NCBI RefSeq assembly: GCF_009914755.1
Contig: NC_060938.1
Direction: 5' to 3' (one strand)
Source of the DNA: the human T2T-CHM13v2.0 reference genome, Homo sapiens
DNA: 64,000 bases
A program made the translations under genes and the position numbers. The notes beneath the pieces are model-generated. The model saw only the letters and a list, made by a program, of their open reading frames with translations. It ran no database searches and was not told where the DNA came from. Below are positions 1 through 13,796 of this stretch, one piece after another. Each line of letters begins with the position of its first letter. Position 1 is the stretch's first letter.

Positions 1-256
1 TAATCATTTGTAAGGTAGCTATCAGAATATATTTGTGGCCATGAAATAGTTTTGCTTCATAGGAAACTATTTTTTCTATCCAAAAGTAAAACTTATTTTT
101 CATTATAACCTTACCTTTTTTAAAATGTTTCATTCCTTCCTTTCCTGTTTCTGCCTAAAGGGGTTTTATGGGCTACCGGCTGCTAGGTGATAACTCACTG
201 GGGCCTTCAAGAGGAAAAAGTGCATACTTTTTTCTCAATTTTTTTTTCTCTTCTAA

Positions 257-570
<314 letters not shown>

Positions 571-634
571 TAATGGCCCAAGACAGTAAGAGGTGCTTTG
601 GGTTTGTAATTTACAAAATAAGAGAAGTCTGTGA

Positions 635-930
<296 letters not shown>

Positions 931-2187
931 TGAAGTAGGTTTTTTTATTGGCGAAGTAGCTAATTACTGTATAATTTGGGGTGAGTCTTGAGTGGGAAGA
1001 AGCCTCGTGGCACATAAAAAGGTGCTTAATTGATATTGAAAACACACGCACGCACACACATGCATGCACACACAACCCTACCTGCTGATGTGCCAGAGAA
1101 TTACAATACTCCTCCTTTGAGACATTGCTTTTAGTTAATTTGTTATATATCCAAAGGTCCTTGTGTTAACATGCAAATAGTTTAACCAAGGACCGGTATC
1201 AATCCAATAGCACCACAGTATGTTAATTTCTTCAATTAAGTTATTCCACAATGTATGCATATCTCAAAACATCATGGTATACACCATGCATATATAAAAT
1301 TTTTGCCAATTAAAAATAAATTTTAAATAAAATGTTTATACTATAGGTCTATAAAAAAGTACAAATTATTTTTCCGGTGAGGTAATCACTTTATGACAAA
1401 GACTTTATAAATATTCAGTGGCTTAGAGAAGTAAAATGACAGCAGAAAGCACTGCTTTACTTTTTGCTTCCCAATTTTGGACTTTGTTTGAAAGATTTGC
1501 CATTCATTAAATACCCCAAGTATTTACTGAGTATCTACTATAAGTGTAAGGAAGGCACTATTCTAAAAGTGACAGAGAATACAAAGATTAATAAGACATA
1601 GGCTCTGTCTTCAATGAGTTTACCATCTACTAGCAGAGGTAAGGCAAATATTTAAATATCTATAGCATAAGATGGAGAGTGATAGATACCAGAAGACAAA
1701 TATAAACAAGGTATAACATTACTTTAGTGATGGAAGAGATTATTCCTGCCAGTAGATAACCATACTGCAATTTCCAAACAACAAGAAAAAAAAACAAGGA
1801 GGGGCCAAGATGACCAACTAAAAACAGCTACGGTTGGAGGCTCCCACGTAGAAGAATGAAAACAGCGAGTAAATCCTATGCCAGCAACTTGAGGTATCCA
1901 GGTTCTCTCACTAGGACTGACCAGGCAGTTGGTGCAACCCATGGTAAGTGAGGAAAAGCAGAGTGGAGTGACAGCCAACCCAGGATCCACACAGGGGAAG
2001 GGGAACTCCCACTCCCAGCCAAGGGAGGTAGTGAGTGATTGTGCTACCCCGCCTGGGGAACCATGCTTTTTCCATGGATCTGTGCAACCCACAGATCAGG
2101 AGATTCCCCTCATAAGTCCACACCACCCAGGCCTTGGTTCCCAAGCACAGAACTGTGCAGATTCTTGGCAGCCGCTCAGGTGGAGAC

Positions 2188-2367
2188 TGCCTAAGACAAC
2201 CAAGTTCCTAGGGGAGGGGGCGGCTGCCATCACTGCAGCTGCCTGCTGCCAGAGATGACTGAGCTCCCAGTGGGAGGAGTGGCTGCCATCACTGCAACTG
2301 CCTGCTGCCAAGACAACTGAGCTCCTGCGGGGAGAGACGGCTGCCATCACTGCAGCTCCAGTCTGCC
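2188..2367 (+). repeat. About 3 copies of a ~58-bp unit (ggctgccatcactgcagctgcctgctgcca...) in the L1 5' UTR
   Basis: Unit core recurs at 2222, 2281 and 2339. Confidence 0.8.
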
Positions 2368-4160
2368 AGTTTAGAGAGGAAAATAAATAACCTGATGGAG
2401 CTGAAAAACACAACACAAGAACTTCATAATACAACCACAAGTATCAATAGCTGGATAGACCAAGGGAAGGAAGGAATTTCGGAGCTTGAAGACTATCTTG
2501 CTGAAATAAGACAGGCAGACAAGATTAGAGAAAAAAGAATGAAAAGGAATGAACAAAACCTCTGAGAACTATGGGATTATGTAAAAAGACCAAACCTACA
2601 ACTGATTGGGGTACCTGAAAGAGATGGGAGAATGGAACCAAGTTGGAAAACGTACATCAGGATATCATCCAGAACTTCCCCAACCTAGCAAGATAGGCCA
2701 ACATTCAAATTCAGGAAATCCAGAGAACCACAGTAAGATACTCCATGAGAAGAAAGGTCATCCCCAAGACACATAATCATCAGATTCTCCAAAGTAAAAA
2801 TGAAGGGAAAGTATTAAGGGCAGCCAGAGAAAAAGGCCAGGTTACCTATAAAGGGAAGCCCATCAGACTAACAGTGGACCTCTCAGCAGAAACCCTACAA
2901 GCCAGAAGAGATTGGGGGCCAATATTCAGTATCCTTAAAAGAAAGAATTTCCAACCCAGAATTTCATAACCAGCCAAACTAAACTTCGTAAAGTGAAGGA
3001 AAAATAAAATCCTTTTCAGAAAAACAAATACTGAGGGAATTTGTCACCACCAGGCCTGCCTTGCAGGAGCTCCTGAGAGAAGCACTAAATATGGAAAGAA
3101 AAAACCAATACCTGCCACTACAAACACACACTAAAGTACACAGACCAATGACGCTTCGAAGCAACTACATCAACAAGTCTGCAAAATAACCAGCTAGCAT
3201 CATGATGACAGGATCAAATTCACAAATATATTAACCTTAAATGTAAATGAGCTAAATGCCTCCAGTTGAAAGACACAGAATGGCAAGCTGGATAAAGAGT
3301 CAAGACCCATCAATGTGCTGTATTAAAGAGACCCATCTCATGTGCAAAGACACACATAGGCTCAAAATAAAGAGATGGAGGAAATTTTACCAAGCAAATA
3401 GCAGAGAAAACCAGGGGTTGCAATCCTAGTGTTAAAGTCTTACAAAACAGACATTAAACCAAAAAAAAAAAAAGATCAAAAAAGACAAGGGCATTACATA
3501 ACGGTAAAGGGCTCAATTCAACAAGAAGTGCTAACTATCCTAAATATACAGGAGGACCTAGATTCATAAAACAAGTTCTTAGAGACCTACAAAGAGACTT
3601 AGACTCCCACACAATAATAGTGGGAGGCTTTAATACTGCACTGTCAATATTAGATCACTGAGACAAAAAATTAACAAAGATATTCAGGACCCAAACTCAA
3701 CTCTGGATCAAGTGGACCTGACAGATATCTACAGAACTCTCCACCCAAAAACAACAGAATATATATTCTTCTTTGTGCCATATGGCACTTACTCCTAAAA
3801 AGATTGCATAATTGGAAGTAAAACACTCCTAACAAATGCCAAACAACTGAAATCAGAAGAAACAGTCTCTCAGACCACAGTGCAATAAAATTAGAACTCA
3901 AGGTTAAGAAACTCACTCAAAACCACACAACTACATGGAAATTAAGCAACCTGCCCCTGAATGACTCCTGGATAAATAACGAAATCAAGGCAGAAATCAA
4001 GAAGTTCTTTGAAACCAATGAGAATAAAGAGACATCATGCCAGAACCTCTGGGACGCAGCCAAAGCAGCGTTAAGAGGGCAAGTTATAGCACTAAATGCC
4101 CACATCAGAAAGTTAAAAGATCTCAAATTGACGTCCTAATATCAAAATTAAAAGAACTAG

Positions 4161-4322
<162 letters not shown>

Positions 4323-4429
4323 TAATAAAATAGACTACTAGCTAGACTAATAAGGAAAGAGAGAAGAATCAAATAGACACAATAAAAAATGATAAAGGGG
4401 ATATCACCACTGACCCCACAGAAATATGA

Positions 4430-4692
<263 letters not shown>

Positions 4693-4695
4693 TAA

Positions 4696-4941
<246 letters not shown>

Positions 4942-6819
4942 TAAACGAGATTTATCACATAAACAGAACTAAACACAAAAACCGCATGATTATCTCAATA
5001 GACACAGAAAAGGCCTTTGATAAAATTCAACTTCCCTTCATGTTAAAAACTTTCAATAAACTAGGTATTGTTGGAACATACCTCAAAATATAAGAGCAAT
5101 TTATGACAAACCCACAGCCAATATCATACTGAATGGGAAAAAGCTCAAAGCATTCCCCTTGAAAATCAGCACAAGACAAGGATGCCTTCTCTCACCACTC
5201 CTATTCAACATAGAATTGGAAATTCTGGCCAGGGCAATCAGGCAAGAGAAAGAAATAAAGCATATTCAGATAGGAAGAGAGGAAGTCAAGCCATCTGTTT
5301 GCAGATGACATACTCCTATATCTGAAAACCCCATCATCTCAGCCCCAAAGCTTCTTAAGCTGATAAGCACCTTCAGCAAAGTACAAAATCAATGTGCAAA
5401 AATCACAAGCATTCCTATACACCAGCAGTAGACAAGCAGGAAGCCAAATCATGAATGAATTCCCTTTCACAGTTGCTAAAAAGAGAAAAAATACCTAGGA
5501 ATACAGCTAACAAGGGAAGTGAAGGACCTCTTCAAGGAGAACTACAAACTGCTGCTCAAGGAAATCAGAGAGCACACAAACAAATGGAAAAACATTCCAC
5601 GCTCATGGATGGGAAGAATCAATATCATGAAAATGGCCATACTGCCCAGAGTAATTTATAGATTCAATGCTGTTCCCATTAAACTACCCTTGACATTTTT
5701 CACAGAATTAGAAAAAAACTACTTTAAAGTTCATATGGAACCAAAAAAGAGCCTATATAATGAAGACAATCCTAAGCAAAAAGAACAAAGCTGAAGGCAT
5801 CACATATCTGACTTCAAACTCAACTACAAGGCTATAGTAACCAAAATAGATGGTAGTAGTACAAAAACAGACACATAGACCAGTGGAACAGAATATAGAA
5901 GTCAAAACTAAGACTGCACATCTACAGCCATGTGATCTTCAACAAACCTGACAAAAGCAATGGGGAAAGGATTTGCTATTTAATAAATGGTGCTGGGAGA
6001 ACTGGCTAGCCATATGCAGAAAATTGAAACCGGACCCTTTCCTTATACCTTATACAAAAGTTAAGTCAAGATGGATTAAATATTTAAATGTAAAACCCAA
6101 AACTGTAAAAATCCTAGAAGAAAATCTAGGCAATACCATTCAGGACATAGATACGGACAAAGATTTCGTGACAAAAACGTCAAAAGCAATTGCAACAAAA
6201 GCAAAAATTGACAAATGAGATCTAATTAAAGAGCTTCTGCACAGCAAAAGAAACTGTCATCAGAGTGAAGAGACAAACTACAGAATGGGAGAAAATTATT
6301 GCAATCTATCCCTCAGACAAAGGTCTAATATCCAGAATCTACAAGAAAAAAATAACCCCATTTAAAAGTGGGCAAAGGATATGTACAGACACTTCTCAAG
6401 AGAAGATATACATGCAGCCAACAAACATGGAAAAAAGCTCAACATCACTGATCATTAGAGAAATGCAAATCAAAAACACAATGAGATACCATCTCAGGCC
6501 AGTCAGAATGGCAATTATTAAAAAGTCAAGAAACAACAGATGCTGGCAAGGCTGTGGAGAAATGGGAACTCTTTTACACTGTTGGTAGTTCAACCATTGT
6601 GGAAGACAGTGTGGTGATTCCTCAAAGACCTAGAACTAGATATACCATTTGATCCAGCAATCCCATTACTGGGTATATACCCAAAGGAATATAAATCATT
6701 CCTTTGTAAAGATACATGCATGCGTATGCTCATTGCAGCATTTATTCACAATAGCAAAGACGTGGAATCAACCCAAACGCCTATCAATGATAGACTGGAT
6801 AAAGAAAATGTGGTACCTA

Positions 6820-8352
6820 TGTGTCCAGAATTGGTGAGTTCTTGGTCTCGCTGACTTCAAGAATGAAGCCGCGGACCCTCGCAGTGAGTGTTACAGTTCT
6901 TAAAGATGGTGTGTCCGGAGTTTGTTCCTTCAGATGTTCAGATGTGTCCAGAATTTCTTCCTTCTGGTGGGTTCGTGATCTCACTGACTTCAGGAGTGAA
7001 GCTGCAGACCTTCACAGTGAGTGTCACAGCTCTTAAAGGTGGCACGGCTGGAGTTGTTCATTCCTTCCAGTGGGTTCGTGGTCTTGCTGGCTTCAGGAGT
7101 GAAGCTGCAGACCTTCACCGTGAGTGTTACAGCTCTTAAAGGCAGCACGGACCCAAAGAGTGAGCAGCAGCAAGATTTATTGTGAAGAGTGAAAGAACAA
7201 AGCTTCCACAGCATGGAGGGGGACCCCAGCAGGTTGCTGCTGCTGGCTTGGGCAGCCTGCTTTTATTCCCTTATCTGACCTCACCCACATCCTGCCAATT
7301 GGCCCATTTTACAGAGAGCTGATTGGTCCGTTTTCACAGGTTGCTGATTGGTGCGTTTACAAACCTTGAGCTAGACACAGAGTGCTGATTGGTGCATTTA
7401 CAATCCTTTAGCTAGACACAAAAGTTCTCCAAGTCCCCACTAGATTAGCTAGACACAGAGCACTGATTGGTGCATTTACAAACCTTGAGCAAGACGCAGA
7501 GCACTGATTGGTGCATTTATAAACCTTGAGCTAGACACAGAGTGCTGATTGGTGTGTTTATAATCCTTTAGCTAGACACAGAGTGCTGATTGGTGGATGT
7601 ACAATCCGCTAGCTAGACATAAAAGTTCTCTAAGTCCCCACCAGATTAGCTAGATACAGAGCGCTGATTGGTGCATCCACAAACCCGAGCTAGACACAGA
7701 GTGCTGATTGGTGCATATACAATCCTCCAGCTAGACATAAAAGTTCTCCAAGTCCCCACCAGACTCAGGAGCCCAGCTGGCTTCACCTAGTGGATCACAC
7801 GCCAGGGCCGTGGGTGGAGCTGCCCACCAGACCCACACCACGTGCCCACACTCAGCCCTTGGGCAGTCCATGGGACTGGGCGCTGTGGAGCAGGGGGTGG
7901 CACCTGTCGTGGCAGGAGCCCACAGTGGGGGTGGGGGGGGGTCACTCAGGCATGGCGGGCTGCAGGTCCTGAGCCCTGCCCCGCAAGGAGGCGGCTGAGG
8001 CCCAGCGAGAATTCGAGCGGGCGCTCGCGGGTCGGCAATGCTGGGAGACCCAGCACACCCTCCGCAGCTGCTGGCCTGGGGGCTAAGCCCCTCACTGCAG
8101 GGCCCGCCGTACCCACGCCCACCCAGAACTCGTGCTGGCCCGCAAGTGCCACCCACAGCCCCAGTTCCCACCCACGCCTCTCCCTCCACACCTCCCTGCA
8201 AGCAGAGGGAGCCGGCTCTGGCCTCGGCCAGCCCAGAGAGGGGTTCCCACAGTGCAGCGGCAGGCTGAAGGGCTTAAGTGCAGCCAGAGTGGACGTGAGG
8301 CCAAGGAGGTGCCAAGAGTGAGTGGGGGCTGCTAGCATATTGTCACCTCTCA
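6820..8352 (-). mobile_element. LTR12 (ERV9) solo LTR, about 1.5 kb, antisense to GPHN
   Basis: Termini TGAGAGGTGACA...GGACACA on the minus strand; 4-bp TSD CCTA at 6816-6819 and 8353-8356; ~41-bp repeats containing ATTGG/CCAAT at about 7320-7760. Confidence 0.95.
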
Positions 8353-9753
8353 CCTATACACCATGGAATGCTATGCAGCCGTAAAAAGGAATGAGATCAT
8401 GTCCTTTGCAGGGACAGGGAGGGAGCTGGAAGCCATTATCCTCAGTAAACTAACACAGGAACAGAAAACCAAACACTGCATGTTCTCACTTAAAGTGGGA
8501 GTTGAACAACAAGAACACATGGGCACATGGGTGGGGGGGGCAACAGCACACACTGGGTCCTGTCAGAGGGTTGCAGGGAAGGAGAGCATCAGAAAGAATA
8601 GCTGGGCCTAATACCTAGGTAATGGATTGATCCGTGCAGCAAACCACCATGGCACAAGTTTACCTATGTAACAAACCTGCACATCCTGCACATGTATCCT
8701 GGAACAGTAAATAAAATAAGTAAAATAAAAAAATAAAACTTAACAGAACCATCAGGTGGTTTACTACCCTCTTTTTCTTTCTCCTTCTTTTCTTGCTTCC
8801 TTCCTTCCTTCCTCTTTCTCTTTCTTGTTCTCTTTCTCTTTCTTTCATTTTCTTACCTTTCTGCTGGACTGTTACATTCTTCATGGCAGGATATATTTTA
8901 CTGTCAGTATCCCAAGTCCCTAACTGTTTCTGGTTCATAAAATGCAGTCAGTAAATATTTGTTGAATGGGTATGTGTATCACTGATCATCAAACTTGCTG
9001 TTTAATAAGAAAATGCCTATTACAAAGCATATTCAACAGATAAAACCTATGTAACTAAAAAGTAGAATTTTCTTCTCAGAAACTAAACATATTTTTAAAA
9101 GAAACTTTTGTAAGATTATATCCAGTTTGCACCATAAAGTGCAGCCTATCACAAAAAAAAACTGTCTGATCTGAGACCTATAAAGCTGAATAAGAAGCAG
9201 AAGCAGCAATATCATTCTGCCTAGTTACACTGGTTGTGAATGATTTTTTTATATTTGAATGAGTAGGTCAAGACCTCAATGAAAATGAGTTATAAATAAG
9301 TTTATATTTCAATCCTTTTTTAAGTGTTCACCCACAATTTGAATAGAAAATTCTGTCTAGCAATAAATAATCTCTAAGGTTTTTCAAACTTTGAAAATTT
9401 TGCGATTTTGATTGACCATGAGAAGAAATCACATATTAATAGTATAAGCAACTTTGTATATATTTTTCTTAGGTGCCTATGACAATGTCATTAGTCTTAG
9501 AATGAAAACCCTTTGGGGTAGTGCCTTTAAGTCAGTTCATTGAACATGTCTGGAGCAGCCACTGGGTTTTGACACATGATGTAACATTGCTAACTTGATT
9601 TAATGTTCCACCAGAGCAGGCTGTATTTTGGAGGCAGGAGAAACAGTTTCTTACCTGCTAATCTTCATCTGGGGACATTTGAAATTGGGAGTTGTGATAT
9701 TATAAGTCATTGCCACTTTTTAATCAGTGTTACAGCATCATATTCTTAGTTAA

Positions 9754-9957
<204 letters not shown>

Positions 9958-12154
9958 TAAGATTCATGTAACATTAATGCACAGTTTTCCTGAAAAAGAA
10001 AGATTATTAACCATTATTACAGTTATCATCATTCTTTTTTTTTCTTATTTCTACTCAATAAGAAAAAGGCTAAGGGTTCAGCCTTAACAGTATACAGAGT
10101 AAAATCCATGAAACTGCCTTTTCATTAAAAAAAGGAAAAAAAAAAAAAAAGGAAGAAAATCAGCTGTGTTTCTGCTGTCCATGAAAATACCAATACTGCA
10201 AACTAAAGAAAGGGTTCTCAGCACTGAGTGAGGAAAGTAGTTAACTCTGAGTCTGTATGATGTCCTTTCTGTCAGAAATGGGAGACAACTAATATGTCTT
10301 GTAATCATCTTTTTCTGTTTGGAAAACCTGTATTTAAATGTAAAAATGTAAAAAAAAATATTAATTTATCCATGGATACTAAGACAACGGAAAGGTAGCA
10401 TTCCCCAGTATTTTGTTTTTAATTAACAACTTCCATTTCTAAAAATTCAGCATAGGAGTTGTATTTAGGCATCCAGTTCCAGGAGACCAGGCTCCTGAGG
10501 AGAACTTCCAGCCAATAAAGCTTGTGGTTTCTCCCCAACACCAAAAAGAGAAGTTGTATTTAGTGCAATTTGAATAAAATATAGTTTCTTAATTTGTTAT
10601 GCAGAAACAACACAACAGAATTAATTTTATAAATAAAAAACTTTATAGAATCATAAAATATTCAAACTACAATGAACAGTAGAGAGCACAAACACCCTAA
10701 TTTTTTTGTCAAGGAAACTCAAACTCAGAATAGCAGAAAATGAATAGGATTAAGGTCTCAAGATTTACATTCTTCCTTTTACTACATAATTGTGCTCTTC
10801 TTCAACCATTAAATTATAAAAAATAATGGCAGCTAACTTACTGGTGCCAGATTTTAGCTCTTTCGTCTGTGTCCCCACTTAGACAAGGATTGTTATTATA
10901 CAGTTTGCCCTTATCCTACGTCTTTGGTTCACATTCTTTTAGATATGCATATCATTAGGCTTAAATCGTTTGTTTTTCTTTTACTCCTCAATAAAGGAAA
11001 GATTAGAAAACTCACTAGAGTAGGGGATTAGTCAGGAATTAACTATGTGATTTCAGAACAATTTTAATGGAATAGTTTTGTTTATTATTAAAGGTAGAAT
11101 GTTGAGATATTTATTGGTATCAGTAGAAACCAAGACATTTTCAGAAAATATGAATGTAAACTTAAGTTATAAAAAAATTAATAATACTTTACCTGTTATA
11201 AAAATAAATAAACCATCCCTGGTTTTTTCTTTTTTATAATTTCAGAGGAGTTTCCCTTAACATCAGTCCTTAGAAAAATCTCACCATGTATTCCAGGTCA
11301 CATTTAAAGAGACATTCTAATTTAAAAAAAAAAAAAAAAGAGTTGGAAATTGCCATTTCATTTTTCCTCCAGAGAAAAATGCTGTCATATGTATTCTCTT
11401 TTCCCTTCATGTGCTTGTTTCCCATTCATTTGTTCATCAAATCAGTTGTCACTTGTACTTGAGCAGACTCTTCATAGATGGATAACTTTTTGTCAAGTGT
11501 TTCCACCTATGATGATGAAAAATAATAATGAGGTTCACATTAAACCTTTGAATTGGATCAAACTCAATTTTTTGTGCAAATGGGTATTGTAATTAGACCC
11601 CCTAGGCACTTTGATTAGGTGTTTAGAAACCATCATACATAGAAACTTAATTTACTTTGTTCAACAAATATTTAATAAACATCAAGTAAATGTCAGATAC
11701 TATGTTAAGTCCTGTATTTGCAAAGATGAATAAAAATAAAACTCCTGCCCCATGGATTTCATAGGCTAGTGCAGAAGAGATGGGTAAATTAATGTGGTAC
11801 TTGTCTCCTTTAATTGGCTCCTTTACAGGCTTGCCTTCCTTTGTCAATTCCTTGAAAAGCTTTCTTTACAGTTTTTTTTCTTTGGCTCTTTTCACATCTT
11901 GTCCATTGACTTCAGATGGCCTCATGCAGGCTAGTAGTTTCAGATACCATTTATAAAGTGAATTGTAAGTCTATACCATTGCCCAGAGCTTGTCCAAGCT
12001 CCAAACTCATATTCTAAATGTATTATGTATCTGCTGCCAGTAAATATAACATGACAAATACTAAACTTATTTTGTCGACAATACTTGTTTTTCTACATCC
12101 TCTTAAAACTGTCCCTTGTTCTACATTCCCTCTGTTACTGTTTTAGTTTAGGTG

Positions 12155-12456
<302 letters not shown>

Positions 12457-12805
12457 CAGTTTAGGTCTTTATTATTAACTTCCTGGACAATTGTTATAGG
12501 CTCCCCTCCCCCCAGTTAACATCTTCCCAATCCGTTCTCCAATTTGATGCCAAAGTAATCTGTTCAAATTTGCTAATTCGTTATTAACACTCCCTACACG
12601 CAACTCTTCAGCAGTTTTTTCATAACCTCAAGATAAAATTCAAACTCCTTAACATGTCATGAAAGGCCCTTTATAATCTGATTTCTTCTAATATTTTTGT
12701 TTCTTCTCTTACCTCCTTATCATCAGACCTTGCTTCTCCCTAAACCTGACATGATGATTCTTACTTCTTATTCTCTCTTACCTCTAAGGCTTTATTTATA
12801 TATCC

Positions 12806-12932
12806 TTTTTTTTTAAGAGACTAGGTCTCACTATGTTTCCCAGGCTGGCCCTCAACTCTCAGCCTCAAGCGATCCTCTCGCCTTAGCCTCCCAAAGTACT
12901 AGTATTACAGGCATAAGCCACCATGCCTGGCC
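12806..12932 (-). mobile_element. Free left Alu monomer (FLAM-like)
   Basis: Poly-T followed by a single ~125-bp left-arm-like monomer. Confidence 0.75.
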
Positions 12933-13796
12933 CCTTTGCTTATATAGTTTTTGCTTGGAAAAACTTTATCTTACTTCTCTACATATTAACTACTGCCTAA
13001 CTACCACATATTCTTTAAGATCAAGCTTAAGATGCTTCTCCTTTATGAAGAAGTCTTTCCTGATGTCTGCTTCCCCCTTTCCCTAGCTGAGTTAAACACT
13101 CTTCATTCGTGTTCCCATAGCACCTTCTTCATATGTTTTGTAAGACAACTGACTGAAATATTTGTTCACTATTAATTTTAAATGCCCTAATAAATAACAT
13201 GGATATAAAAAAAAAGCAGAGTTCTGTAAGTGTGAATCACTGTAAATTGAATTGTCATAAGTAAAATAAAGCCTAGAAAAAAAGGTAGAAGTTCATTCTC
13301 ACTACACTTTAGAATATTTTCTTTACCAAGTGTATTTGCGTTTTAATGAGCAAACCTTTATAGTTTGTTTTGATTTCAGCTAGATGTACCTCTAAACTAT
13401 TTAATATCATTCATTAATCACTGAGTAGGAAAAAGTATTTGGGGGAACCAAAAGGCCTTCACATTCTATGAAATTACAAATACTTTGCCTCTGCAAACAC
13501 TCTAACACCTGCAATCACAGAAGCCCTTAGAGGAAAGCCAGTGTTTTGTAAGGAAAATCTAGGACCAACTGAATCCATGCATTTGAAGCTGTGACATCTC
13601 TAAAATGATTTTTATATGTCTAAGAAGGTTCAATAATAATCCCAGAAAACTAAGGACTTAACATGTAGAGAAAATGCTGAAAGTGATTGTTGTGAAGGTC
13701 ATAGACACAGGGAACTCTATGAAGGAATTTCAGAGTGTATAGTACATGAAACACTTTAGATATAATAGTAAGACTAAGAGGGTAACTTGAGATCAA

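Noticed and set aside
7320-7760. CRISPR-like or novel repeat array of ~41-bp units
   Set aside because: These are the standard LTR12 U3 CCAAT-box tandem repeats; there are no unique spacers and no cas genes, and the context is eukaryotic.
7731-8353. Overlapping 130-160 aa ORFs on both strands
   Set aside because: By-product of GC-rich LTR12 sequence; no recognisable protein.
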